From contig CP145419.1 in the NCBI GenBank assembly GCA_036867785.1, positions 496,001-560,000 of the forward strand: a DNA stretch of 64,000 nucleotides, read 5' to 3'. The position numbers and the translations under genes are program-made. This document shows positions 24,501 to 35,863 of the stretch, piece after piece. The stretch is from Plasmodiophora brassicae. Taxonomy: Eukaryota. Numbering within the stretch: position 1 is the stretch's first letter; the number at the start of each line of letters is the position of its first letter. The notes under the pieces are model-generated. The model searched no databases and was not told the DNA's origin. It saw only the letters and a program-made list of their open reading frames with translations.

Positions 24501-25316
24501 CGATTCGTCGCGCTGTCTCAGCTCCCTCTGGATTCTGTTGCACTCGATGCCAAGTTCCGACAGTCGAATGGACTGCTGTACCTGGTACGTTGGTTCACAA
24601 CTGATGATATGCCTGCCACGTCGCCGCTGCGAAATCTTCTCGTTGAAGTTCTGCGACGTCGGATCAGTACGCATGTCGAGGCGCGACGTGATCTTGAAAA
24701 GGCGGTCGGCGACTCGGAGATCTGCCAACGTCTGTTCGAAACGTCTATATCCGATGCCGATTTCAGTGCATGGTTCCTCGATGGCGCTCGTGATGCTCAG
24801 CGTTCGGCCATCTTCGCGCGTGTCGAGAAGACGTTGTCCCTCGCTGAAGTCAATTCTCGTCGTCAGGCAGATCGGGCAGTCGAGAAACGAGAGAAACGTA
24901 TTCGAGCTCGATTGGATAGCCTAGGGAAGGCCGCGGCCGTCTCCGAGCGCGCTGTCCAGGACGCCTTGGAGCGATGTGAGCAGCTTACTGAGAAGTACAA
25001 GCGAACCTACGCTAGCCATTGCTCGCGATCTCAAGAGGCGCGCGCCATGCGCATCGAATGCGGGTCCAAGGCATACGCCGCCAAGTGTGCCAGCCTTGAA
25101 TTCGCCAGATCACAAATCATATCGTCACCGGACGACCATTCCACCTCCCCGGAAACGGTTCCCCTGATCTGTGCCCTGTGCGGCGTGCAATGGCCTGACA
25201 CATGGGAGCTAATCTGTCACGTCCGATTGGACCATTGGCTGGAAGAGGTCCCCCCAAGCGGGGGCGCGCCCAACCCTGCACCCCCGACGGACGCCTCTGC
25301 TCGAACCGAACCCTGA
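18545..25316 (+). CDS. About 2240-aa ARM-repeat + ConA/LamG-like protein resembling the neurobeachin/BEACH-family N-terminal half, ending in a coiled coil and C2H2 finger; exons 18545-19916, 19975-25316
   Basis: One 58-nt intron (19917-19974) joins the two long ORFs; FPLSKVGYTLVLWFRL..VWHHIALTH...ATIVLDG (ConA-like), SIRSAMNCPGVGGLFMCIPF (NBEA-like), CALC..x12..HVRLDH. Confidence 0.7.
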
Positions 25317-25497
25317 CGAATGTCCATACGTATTATATGTATTTAATCGTTGGTAATATAGATGCACCAGCAGTCATCACTCACTGTGTGCACTTCGCAC
25401 CTCGTTCGCAGGCCGGTGGTGTGTTGTTCATGAGTCCCCCCGCGGTTGCGAATAGTGCGTGGCGTGGCACATCGCGGGCGATCATTGTCGGAACCCG

Positions 25498-27006
25498 ATG
25501 GGGGACACGGAGCATCGTGCTGAGGTTGCTGCCGACGACATCGATGATCACGGGATGGCGACTGACGCTGTGCCATCCGGAGAGGCACCGGTTGCGGAAG
25601 ATGCGGCATGGAACGCACAGCCCTTGGCAGATGTGGATCCGCCGCCAGTCGTCCCGCGCCCAGTTGCCATCGTCGACGATGACGACGATACGCCGTGTGA
25701 GATACTGTCGGTGTCATTCAACCAGGATTATCAATGCGTGGCGGTTGGAACGTCGAACGGGTTCCGAATTTACAACTGCGACCCTTTCAAGAGAACGTTC
25801 AGAAGAGGTACGGGGACGACTTGCGACGGGTCCGCTCTTCGGGATCGTTGATCATGCCCAGAGCCTATGCAAGGAGGTATCGGCCTCATTGAAATGCTGT
25901 TCCGCTGCAACATCCTGGCACTGGTTGGTGGTGGACGCAACCCACGTTACCCGCCGAACAAGGTCATGATCTGGGACGACCACCAAAGTCGATGCATCGG
26001 CGAGGTACGCCGTCCGTTGATACATCGTCCGCTGCGGACTGCTGACGTATGTGCTAGTTGAGCTTCCGGTCTGAGGTGCGACGCGTCCGTTTGAGGCGTG
26101 ACCGGATTATCGTAGTCCTGGATCAGAAGATCTATGTGTACAATTTCGCGGACCTAAAGCTATTGGGTACTGGTTTGCGCTCTGGACAGGGTTGTCGTGA
26201 CGCGTTGTGAACGTACTGTACTACAGACCACATTGAAACCGTCCGTAATCCGGACGGTCTGTGCTCGGTCTGCGCTCTGCCGGCGAGCAACGTGCTGGTC
26301 TGTCCAGGACTTCAGCGTGGCCATGTCCGAGTGGAGCTGTACAGCATGGAGTCGCGACCGACGACTTTGATCCCTGCGCACGAGTCTGCGATTTCCGCAT
26401 TGGCAACGAACAGTGATGGGTCACTGTGTGCAACGGCGTCGCAGAAGGGCACTCTGCTGAGGATTTGGGATACCAGTCGCGGTGCTCTGGTCCAGGAGGT
26501 ACGCCGAGGCGCCGACCGTGCTCGCGTAACAAGCATTGCGTTCAATGCAGACTCTACATTCCTGGTGGCGTCGTCGGATAAGGGCACCGTCCACATATTC
26601 CGTCTCAGTTACCCCCAACGTGATGACCACCCGGAGCCAGTCTCGGTTGGCGGCGGCCACTCGTCGTCGTCGAGCCTCGGGTTTGTAAAGGGATACCTGC
26701 CCAAGTACTTTAGGTATGTCCGCTGAGTCTGCCAGCGACACTGCCTGCGTTAACGGGAACCCTATGGTCAGTTCCGAGTGGAGCCATTCCCGGTTCCGCG
26801 TCCCCGACACCGACACCATCGTGGCCTTCGGCACGGAACCCAACACGATCATTGTTGTCAGCACGCAGGGCATGGCGTACAAGGCGAAGTTCAACCCCGA
26901 CGTTCCCGGAGAGTGCACCCAGGAGTCGTGCGTGCAGTTCTGCGGGAACATCATATGGCAACGAGCGCGTGCAAATCCAGCACCGCCCCGGAACCACCGC
27001 ATCTAA
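25498..27006 (+). CDS. ATG18: ATG18/WIPI (PROPPIN) WD40 autophagy protein, multi-exon
   Basis: [78 protein letters not shown] (PI-binding motif), [20 protein letters not shown]. Confidence 0.95.
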
Positions 27007-27152
27007 CGGCGGCGGCGGCGGCGGCGGCCACCCTAGAGTAATATATCTTCGTATGCGTGCATGGTTAGAGCGTCCTGCTATGCTTGCTCCGGAGTGCTGC
27101 AGCTGCTGCTGCCCCGTCCAGGTGGCATCTCGACACGACATTTTTTGGTGCC

Positions 27153-27208
27153 TCATCAGTCATCAGTCATCACTCATCAGTCATCAGTCACCAGTCACCA
27201 GTCATCAG
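27153..27208. repeat. Tandem heptamer repeat (TCATCAG/TCACCAG) x8
   Basis: Read directly: tcatcag tcatcag tcatcac tcatcag tcatcag tcaccag tcaccag tcatcag. Confidence 0.95.
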
Positions 27209-27293
27209 CGTCGAGTAGGGAACTGCAGAGGCGTAGCTGCGCGCTGGTCGACGGGGTCGTGCTGTGGCGTCGTCGGTGCTGGTCGTTTGCGGC

Positions 27294-28757
27294 ATGAAGG
27301 TGTGGTACAGCGAGGAGCACGCGCGGCATGCGCCCCCGCACGAGTACTTTGACGGGATCGTCCAGCACCGGTACGGGCGCCGGCGCGGGTGGGGCACACC
27401 GGCGTGCTCATGAGCGTGTCGGTGCCAGGTTCATGGAGGGCCCCGAACGCGTCGATGCGGTCGTTCGCGAGTTGGTGTCCTGGCCTGCTCTATGGTCTGT
27501 TGTTCGGGCAGCACCTCTCGATGTCGACGAGTTCGAGATCACTGTCAAAGCCATTCGAAACGTTCACGACGATGGTTATATCAAGGTGAGACGACCTCTC
27601 GTGTTGCTATTACATGTGGGATCCCACAATGGCAGCACAGTTCTTGGAGTCTGCGTTTCAAGAATGGTCCGAGTTGCAGCAGGTGGACGACCGGGGCAAC
27701 ATCCTGCCGCTGCTGCCGTCCTCATTCCCGCAACCGAAGTCGACGTTCCCTTCCAGGACGATCAATGGCAAGGCCGGGTTTTATATCAAGGACCTGGCGT
27801 GCCCTGTTGTCGAGGTTCAAAGACTGCTTCCTTCGCCGATACCGTCCAGTCTGACCTTGGACAGCATACTTGGAAGGCAGCAGTGGCGTCGGCGGACGTG
27901 GCGTTGCGCGCCGCTGGGGACCTTGCTGCCGGCGCTACAGCCGCCATGGCTGTTTGCCGACCACCTGGACACCACGCTGGAGCCGTACGTCGTGCTGTAG
28001 CTCCTCACGATTATGTGACTGATTAACGTCGCGTAGGCATTCGCAGGCGGGTATTGCTACGTGAACAACATCGCTGTAGCCGCTGACTGGCTCACCAAGC
28101 AAGGCCCTGGCATCAAAGTTGCCATTCTCGACATTGAGTACGTGGTGTAGACGTGCTGGTCGCCGTCTAAAGGAGACTGTCCTAGTTATCATGCGGGCAA
28201 TGGAACGCAAGACATCTTCTTCGAACGTGTTGACGTGCTGACTGTGTCGGTACATGGCGACCCGGCCTTCGACTATCCTTACTACGCCGGTTACGGTATG
28301 ATGCGTACGAGGACCTATACATTGCTGGACGTAATCATTTCGTGAAGCGGATGAAATCGGCAGCGGCCCCGGGTTAGGGTACCACCGCAACTTCCCTCTG
28401 GGTCGGCGTCGTGTATCGGTGTTGCGTTCCGCCTTCACTGACGAGTTTAGGCCATCAGGTCCCAATATCGCTGACGACGAATACCTCGTTGTTCTGGACC
28501 AAGCGTTAACGCTGGTGAACAACCATTCGCCGAACTATGTTCTGGTGTCCGCCGGCATGGATATCTTCCATGCCGACCCGCTGGCAACGTTCAACATCAC
28601 GACGGAAGGGATCGGCAGGATTGGCGCGCGCATTGGATCACAAATCACCGCTCCGACGATGTTCTGCCTGGAAGGCGGGTACGTGACCGATGAGCTCGGC
28701 CATAACGTCTGCGCGCTGCTGCAATGTTTCGTAAAGGCACGATCTCAACGCTGCTAG
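27294..28757 (+). CDS. Histone-deacetylase-superfamily acetylpolyamine amidohydrolase (APAH-like), multi-exon
   Basis: MKVWYSEEHARHAP, E.PERV, VHDDGYI.FL, CRPPGHHAG, GGYCYVNN, ILDIDYHAGNGTQDIFF, SVHGDP..DYPYY, SAGMDIFHADPL, LEGGY. Confidence 0.88.
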
Positions 28758-28885
28758 TCGTCGTTCGAAGCCGTTGCGGCGCACAGGCCGTCACACGCAC
28801 GACAGCCGCCGCCTATTGTTAGCGGCGGCGCGCCCCGAGCTTCCGCAGGCATCAAATCCATCGCGACCAGATTGCATCGTTGACC

Positions 28886-29827
28886 ATGTCGCACCGGATC
28901 CACAGCATCCCGAACTTTCGTGACGTCGCCGAGCTCTGCCCCGGTGTGGCACCTGGGCGTCTGTTCCGATCCGGCCATACGCTGTTCGCATCCGACGACG
29001 ATGTCCACGCGTTGCTGGCGGATCTCCAAGTTCGCACCGTGATCGACCTCCGCAAGGACGGTGACCGGGAAATCGTCGAATGGGCGCAAGTGACTGGACC
29101 TGACGGTCCAGACGCGCGATATACGAATCGCCTTCGCGGGCGTCTGGAAAGCGTACCCTGCGAAGAGGCGCGCGCGTCCCCAGTTCAACAGCCATCGTTC
29201 GTGTCCGTCCCGCTTGATGGCCACTGGCAAATCCTGCGATTCGTCTGGCAGATGGCGACGCTCTGGGAAGCGCTCCTCATCGTGATCTACTCACTGTTCT
29301 GCTGCAAAGCTCGCCTGTACGGACTGTTCGCCGAGGTCTTCTCCCGCCATGGCCTGCATGGCTTCAATTGTGCTCTAGTGTCCTTTGCACCGTCGTGTGT
29401 CTCCACCGCTCTTCACGTCGTCGCCACGAACTCGGACCGTCCTCTACTGGTCCATTGCAGGTCCGTTGTTCCTTCGTGCCTGTCACGACGAATCACTGAT
29501 TGTCCTCATTGGAACAGCCTGGGCAAGGATCGCACCGGGCTGGTCATAGCGCTGATCCTGGCCGTGCTTGCCGTGCCGCTAGAGGACATCATTGCCGATT
29601 ACGAGCAAAGTGCAATCGCTGTCCCGATCGAGACTCGGAAGGCGCTGCTGCCCCGGATCGTGGATCGCGACCAGTTCAGCAAGGCGGATGGCGATGTGAT
29701 CCGACGATTATTCCAGTTCATCGACGAACGGTACGGCGGCCTGGACCAGTATCTGGACGGCATCGGGTTCGGCATTCAGGCGCGAGATCGACTTCGCAGG
29801 AATCTGCTCGCCAAGCGAAACGCCTGA
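28886..29827 (+). CDS. Protein tyrosine/lipid phosphatase (IphP / Y_phosphatase3 family); intron 29461-29517
   Basis: IPNFRDV, LFRSG, VRTVIDLR; splicing gives the CX5R P-loop HCSLGKDRTG; IIADYEQS; ERYGGLDQYLDGIGF. Confidence 0.88.
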   Translation: MSHRIHSIPNFRDVAELCPGVAPGRLFRSGHTLFASDDDVHALLADLQVRTVIDLRKDGDREIVEWAQVTGPDGPDARYTNRLRGRLESVPCEEARASPVQQPSFVSVPLDGHWQILRFVWQMATLWEALLIVIYSLFCCKARLYGLFAEVFSRHGLHGFNCALVSFAPSCVSTALHVVATNSDRPLLVHCRSVVPSCLSRRITDCPHWNSLGKDRTGLVIALILAVLAVPLEDIIADYEQSAIAVPIETRKALLPRIVDRDQFSKADGDVIRRLFQFIDERYGGLDQYLDGIGFGIQARDRLRRNLLAKRNA

Positions 29828-29869
29828 CTACAGGAGGATATGTATTCGCCTTCTACAGTGTAGCCACTA

Positions 29870-30647
29870 TCAGCGCGTTCGTCTTCGCTTGAGCGACCCA
29901 GATGCCTTTCGTCGAGGGGTCCTCCTCATTGAACCTGACGCTGACGATTCGTTGTCCGTCGACGTCGACTCGTTCCCTGTCGACGACGATAGCGATAGCG
30001 CATACGACGGGATCGCTCGTATCATGTCGATCGTGATCGAAGACACGCCATCACCGACAGCAATAGGCCGGCTGTCCGTCGTTCGTGGGCGCGGACGGCT
30101 CCTCCGTTTCGTCGTCACGGAACGCTTGTGGTTCGACGTCAACGAATCGCCATCGTTCGACGGCGGACGCTCGTCGCTGCCTAGGAGATGGCGCAGGGCG
30201 GCGTTACTCGACTGGTGACAATTCACCGGCATCGGTCTCGATAGGTACGGCGAGAATTTCTGGTCCAGCAGATGCCCTGATAGGTAAACGACGATCAGCA
30301 CCCGGAAGGCCGACGATGGCGTACGGACGGCGGATACCGATTAGGTCGGCGAGGCACATCGGCAAGCAGAACGGGATGTCTTCCAGCCACCTCCAGCTGC
30401 CATACTTGTTTCTCTTGAACCGCAGCGTCATGGCGTTCTTGAAGAAGTGCCCACTGAGCAGACGTTCGGCGGCGACGACGGGCCCGTCACTAGCGCGCGA
30501 CATTCGGGTCAGACCACCGCACACCGGTCAGCCGCGTCGTTTCGCCCACCTGGCACTCAGGCCTGCCAGACCGACCGCCTGCGACAGGACGTCGGCCAGC
30601 ACCGTCTCCCCGGGCACGACGAACGCCGCATTGCCGCCCACGTCCAT
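29870..30647 (-). CDS. Hypothetical protein, multi-exon; boundaries approximate
   Basis: Consecutive minus-strand ORF segments (MDVGGNAAF.., RLLSGHFFKNAMTLRF.., YLSGHLLDQKF..) with plausible introns; no family recognised. Confidence 0.35.
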
Positions 30648-30824
30648 CGACGGCTCGCGCCTTCGTCGTCGTTGCCGCGGACTCTGTGTGTGTGGAACGT
30701 TAACGTCCACGCGACTGTGGACTGCAGCTGCCTGCACCGGGCGCAAGTCGGAGCTGCACATCGCCGCTCGGCAGCTCCAACTGGCGAAGATTCGCTGACT
30801 CGGGATCGCTGGTCGGAGATATTG

Positions 30825-31394
30825 ATGGAGGCGATGGTGGTGGACCTGAGGCGGTGCCTCGATGACGCGACAGGGCACATCAAGGCGCTGACGGCGGGAC
30901 GGGCGGAGGCACGCCGAGCGCTAGCGCTGGCGGCGGCGCTGACCAAGGATCGGCAGCGCGAACTGAGCAGGGCCCAGGACATAATCGCGTCGACGCGGGC
31001 GGAGCGCGATCAGCTCGAGCGGTTATGTGGCGAAATGCGGACGCAGATGGAGGGGCTGGTTAAAGAGAAGGACGATATGGGCAGGAATGCGTCTCGCGCC
31101 CGGCAGGAACGGGACGAGATCGTCGGTGAACTGAGGCGGTGTCGGGACGCGGCCGACGCCGAAGGCGCCGTCATGCGGGAGCAGATCCGCATCCTGATGG
31201 AGAAGGTGGTGGCCGGCGAAGAGGCGCAGGCCAGGGTGGTCCGGCAGTCCGCTGACGAGCACGCCCAGGTCCAGCAAACCCTGCAGGCCAAGGACCTCGA
31301 ACTTCGGCACTGCCGAACCGCTCTGGAATCGTCCCAATCCGAGATCGCCGACCTGCAGATGAAGCTTCGGTTTCTACTCAAACAGGACAGCTGA
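30825..31394 (+). CDS. Coiled-coil protein
   Basis: Heptad-rich E/Q/R/L ORF from MEAMVVDLRR to FLLKQDS*. Confidence 0.6.
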   Translation: MEAMVVDLRRCLDDATGHIKALTAGRAEARRALALAAALTKDRQRELSRAQDIIASTRAERDQLERLCGEMRTQMEGLVKEKDDMGRNASRARQERDEIVGELRRCRDAADAEGAVMREQIRILMEKVVAGEEAQARVVRQSADEHAQVQQTLQAKDLELRHCRTALESSQSEIADLQMKLRFLLKQDS

Positions 31395-31469
31395 ATCGAT
31401 GGGCATTCATTGCCCGCTCTATAAATGCACGAGGTGGCGCCCATTTGGGTCAGCAGGCCGGACTTCGCG

Positions 31470-31895
31470 ATGGCGACGGCGTTGCTCCGCGCGGTCGTCG
31501 TTGCCCTACTGCTCCTGTCGATAGTCGACGCCGTCGACCCGCGCGAGGAGGCTCGCTCCACGTTGGGGGATTTGCAGAAGGTGGCGATGGGACTGTCCGA
31601 CCTGGCTGGAAACGCGAAGGTGCTTGTCAAGCAGGTGTCGATAACGTTTGCGCCGCGGACGTTCTTCAACGAGCTGATTGCGATGTATAATGGGTTGCAT
31701 ATGGGGCTGCCTGACGCCGTTGCCGACGCCGACCAGCATCTGGATAGGCTGATTGCCGGTCTGCAATCGCAACTGAAGAAAGCCATAGCCGTCAAGCAGG
31801 TGTTCTACGATCTCAATAGGAGGCTCTGTTTCGAGGAACTCCTCCGACAGCGTCTGGAAACTCTGGCCATCGAGGACGTGCCCGATGACAAGTGA
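31470..31895 (+). CDS. Small helical protein with N-terminal signal peptide (candidate secreted protein)
   Basis: MATALLRAVVVALLLLSIVDA-VDP signal-peptide pattern; intronless 141-aa ORF. Confidence 0.6.
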   Translation: MATALLRAVVVALLLLSIVDAVDPREEARSTLGDLQKVAMGLSDLAGNAKVLVKQVSITFAPRTFFNELIAMYNGLHMGLPDAVADADQHLDRLIAGLQSQLKKAIAVKQVFYDLNRRLCFEELLRQRLETLAIEDVPDDK

Positions 31896-32633
31896 CCCAC
31901 AGCTGGGTACCCCTTTGCCTGATCATCTTCGTTGCATCAGGAGGTTATCCGTCTCCGGTGATAAAAAACACTCGCCGTTGTTCATCTGATCGCGCAGGGC
32001 ACCTCATTCGCCTGATTCGGGTAGAACCCCACATGATCGGGTCATAATGACTGAGGGATCGTTCGCAAATATCGTGGCCCTTCTCGCGTTGTGTAGGCGT
32101 TAACCGTGTGTGAGCAGTCGTGCAACGGATCGGAGATGCAACACCGGATGTCACGTACCATATCGCATATATACGTGGAGCGTCATCCCACACGTGACGA
32201 ATACAATTTTAAGCTCCACCTGCGACCAGGATGGATCCGTATTACAGCGAGCTTGACCTGGAAACCGCTGCCCAGCGGATTCCCATCAAATGAAATGCGG
32301 TCCAACGTCTTCCGCGAACAGCCTTGGGCCGCCGTATCCTCAGCGGTCCCAGTTGAATCGTAGCAGAGCGTCAAGCAGGACGCATCCGCAAACGCCGAAA
32401 CGAATATTGTGGCTGGAACGACGTGGGCGTGCGTTCGGTGACGATGAGAGGCTGGAAACCCCATGAATTAGCGCGCCAGAGTACAGGACTCCGCACTGTA
32501 CGCTCCGGCAGTACCTATTCAACAAACGTGAACTCAGATCCCAGACCGCCGTGCTGCACGTGCCCATTGCTGTTTCACTGACTCTAAAGTCTAAAACCCA
32601 ATGGGTGTCACTGTCATCAGGTGTGTCCAGCGG

Positions 32634-32640
32634 AAAAAAA
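32634..32640 (-). terminator. RNA polymerase III oligo-T terminator of tRNA-Gln
   Basis: A7 run on the + strand (T7 on the - strand) about 10 nt downstream of the tRNA 3' end. Confidence 0.8.
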
Positions 32641-32649
32641 GTACGGAAC

Positions 32650-32722
32650 AGGCCACGCAGGGAGTCGAACCCTGGTCTACAGATTCAGAGTCTGTCGTGA
32701 TAACCACCTACACTACACGGCC
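32650..32722 (-). tRNA. tRNA-Gln (anticodon CTG)
   Basis: The minus strand GGCCGTGTAGTGTAGGTGGTTATCACGACAGACTCTGAATCTGTAGACCAGGGTTCGACTCCCTGCGTGGCCT folds as a cloverleaf: anticodon arm ACAGA-CTCTGAA-TCTGT, T-loop TTCGACT. Confidence 0.95.
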
Positions 32723-33008
32723 GTGGTCTGGTAACACGCCTCACAGCACGGCTCTAACGGTTAATAAATCGAGTAACGACAGATGCGATTAATGAAGCCA
32801 ATGGCCCCATAGATTGGCCATTGCCAATCCAGTCCACCACGGTCCTGGCTTCGAATACGTCACTAAGGAACGCGACGGCCGCAGGTGGTGCCGCCCGCGT
32901 GGTGCGACCATGAGCTGGACGAGGTCCGATCGTCGCGCGCAACACTCCGTCGCGGACTGCGTTCTTTCCTGCCCGTTCGGCGAGCTCGTCCCCTTGTGCC
33001 CAGGGGCC

Positions 33009-35670
33009 ATGCCTGACAACTCGACGTCAATGGCCGAAGGGGATGGTCCCGTGCCCCGGGCCCACGCCCTGAGTCGGCACGATTTCCATAAATGCGACTT
33101 GATTCTGGTCAAAGTCGGCACTGGAGTCGGTATGTTCCTGTCATGCGGTTGCCCGCCGGCCAGTGTCTGAGCACCCGACAGTCACGTCGGATAAAGGGCA
33201 CCTCGCTCTTGGTCGCGTCGGCCATCTCGTTGAACAGGTCGGTTGCGGGAACGTCTTTCCGCGCTGGTAACGAATATCAACATGGGCGGGTTCCGACGAT
33301 TCAGATCACGGCTCTGCACGAGCGCAACAAACGTATTGTCCTAGTGACATCGGGTGCTGTCGGCGCTGGGCGGCGCAAGCTGAACAAGCAGGCCATTATG
33401 ATGTCGTCGCTGCGATCTCAGATGGGAGACCTCAACAACCCGACACCGCACGACTGGGATCCGAAGGTAGGGTACCGTCCGGCCGGGAAGCCGATCCCCC
33501 CATCCGGTAATCGCTGACCCAATCCCAGGCGTGCGCTGCTGCTGGCCAGTCGCGTATCATGTCGCTGTACGAGCAGCTGTTCTCCATGCACGATATCAGG
33601 TGCGCTCAGGTCCTCGTCATGGACTCGGATTTCAGCTCGCCCGAGAAACGCAAGAGCGTATGCCTCGTTGTGCGTCGGTTATTGTGCCTGCTTAATTCTG
33701 GGTACCAGTTCGCGTCGACGATCAACACGCTGCTGTCGATCGGCATCATCCCGATCATCAACGAGAACGATGTGATGACGAATCGAGAAACGCCGCTGAC
33801 GGACAGCGATGGGCACATCTTCTGGGACAATGATTCGCTGGCATCCATCGTGTCGTCTGTGATCGGCGTCCAGCTCCAGATCCTGTTGACCGACGTCGAC
33901 GGGTTGTACTTCACGCCGCCCGAATCTGTGAAGAAAGGCGTCGCGCCACGTGTCATGCACTTCTACCGTGCCAACACGGAGGTCGAACTCGGCGCCAAGT
34001 CCAGGGTCGGCCGAGGTGGCATGCAGGCCAAGATCGCCGCATCCCTGGACGCCATTTCACGTGGCGTTGGCGCCGTCGTGATCGCGTCTGGCCACAAGCA
34101 GAACTCGATCCTTGACGTTTGCGGTGGTGCCACCGTTGGCACTTTATTCTCGTCCATGTCGTTTGATGATAGCGTATCCCCACGTCAGCAAGCTCAGCTC
34201 GCGCGGGATGCATCCCGGTCACTGTGCTCTTTGTCAAGGTACACCATCATGCTTCTCGTCAATGCTTGGCTCAATGCGGTCTTGGCAGCGAGCATCGATC
34301 TGCGGTTCTGCTGGCAATTGCCGATGCCCTCGCAGCGAATTCGGCAGCGATCCATAAGGAGAACCAGCGCGACCTGGATGCTGCAGTAGGGTCGGGCATG
34401 TCCAAAGCGATGGCTGACAGGTACCAGCATGGGTATAATTGTTGCACGTTCCTGACGTGGTTCCAGGCTCGTGCTAACGGGACCGAAGCTGGCATCGCTC
34501 TGCGCTGGCATTCGACAGCTGGCATCCGGCCCGGATCCTCTGTCCCGAGTTCATCGTAAGACGGAGCTGGCGCCTGGGCTTATCCTGATCCAAGAAGCGG
34601 CGCCGATCGGCGTTCTGCTCATCATCTTCGAATCGCGCCCGGATGCGCTCCCTCAGATTGCGTCTCTAGGTCTGTTCTTGTCATACCGTTTACATGGCGC
34701 TGTTTGCTAACGAATGCTGGCAGCACTTCAAAGCGGGAATGGGCTGCTGCTGAAGGGTGGCAAAGAGGCAGCGCACACGAACCGAATTCTGCATTCCACG
34801 ATCGTCGAGGCGATCGAGCGGTCGAGCAACGGGGCTGTCCCTCGCGATGTCCTTCAGCTCGTCGAGTCCCGCGAAGACATTGGCGAGCTGCTGCAGCTGG
34901 ATGACTGCATAGACCTGGTGATCCCTCGCGGGTCAGCCGATCTGGTGAACTTCATCAAGGGAAACACCCGCATTCCCGTCCTGGGCCATGCCGACGGTGT
35001 CTGCCACGTGTACGTCGACCAGTATGCCGACCTCTCTAAGGCCGATCGCATCCTGATCGACTCAAAGACCTCCTACCCGGCAGCGTGCAACAGCGCCGAG
35101 ACAGTCCTTGTTCACGAGGCGCTGATCGCGAACGGGGGCGTCAACGTAGGGCTTGTAACCAGGCAACTGTCGATCCCCCATCTGACGATAATGTTCACAC
35201 AGACGGTGCTGCAGACGCTGGGTAAAGCGGGCGTGAAACTGCTCGGAGGGCCTCGTGCCGTTCGACAATTGCATCTCCCCGCTGCACCGTCCCTCAAGAC
35301 GGAGTACTCCGACCTGGCCATGTCGCTGGAGATCGTGTCGGATGTCGACGATGCGATCGCCCACATCCACAAGTACGGCAGCGGGCACACGGAGACGATC
35401 GTCACGGAAGACGGCGACGTTGCCGAGCAATTCCTGCGGCAGGTCGACAGCGCCTGCATATTCCACAATGCGTCGACCCGCTTCTCGGACGGGTTCCGGT
35501 TCGGCCTTGGCGCCGAAGTCGGTATATCCACTGGCCGGATCCATGCACGTGGACCCGTCGGCGTGGAAGGCCTGCTGACCACCCGGTGGAAGCTTCGGTC
35601 CAGCGCCTGCCACACCGTCGACATGTTCAGCTCCGGCCAGCTGGACTATACCCACAAGGCGCTGGAATGA
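33009..35670 (+). CDS. P5CS: Bifunctional delta-1-pyrroline-5-carboxylate synthase (gamma-glutamyl kinase + gamma-glutamyl phosphate reductase), multi-exon
   Basis: ILVKVGT, VLVTSGAVGAG, IIPIINEND, WDNDSLA, LLTDVDGLY, VGRGGMQAK, PIGVLLIIFESRPD, DLVIPRGS, YPAACNSAET, GAEVGISTGRIHARGPVG. Confidence 0.96.
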
Positions 35671-35863
35671 GCGCCCTTCCCTGGCGCGAGGAACTGGGCA
35701 CGTTTCTGCCCTCTGCACCCCGCCGGGCAACAGCAATACACTGATAGAGTACTGATGCGACACCTGTTCCCGTTTACGACAACTCTAGTTAATGAAACAT
35801 AAAGACGCACCACCTCGGGATAACGGTGCCTGGCGGTAAGGATTGCTAGGTAGAAGTTGTAGG

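Noticed and set aside
27153-27208. Tandem repeats considered as a CRISPR array or telomeric repeat
   Set aside because: 7-bp units with no spacers and no cas genes in a eukaryotic context; the unit does not resemble TTAGGG/TTTAGGG-type telomeric repeats.
31900-32600. Possible small spliced gene on the minus strand starting MGTCS (myristoylation-like) downstream of the tRNA
   Set aside because: No consistent multi-exon frame or recognisable domain could be assembled.
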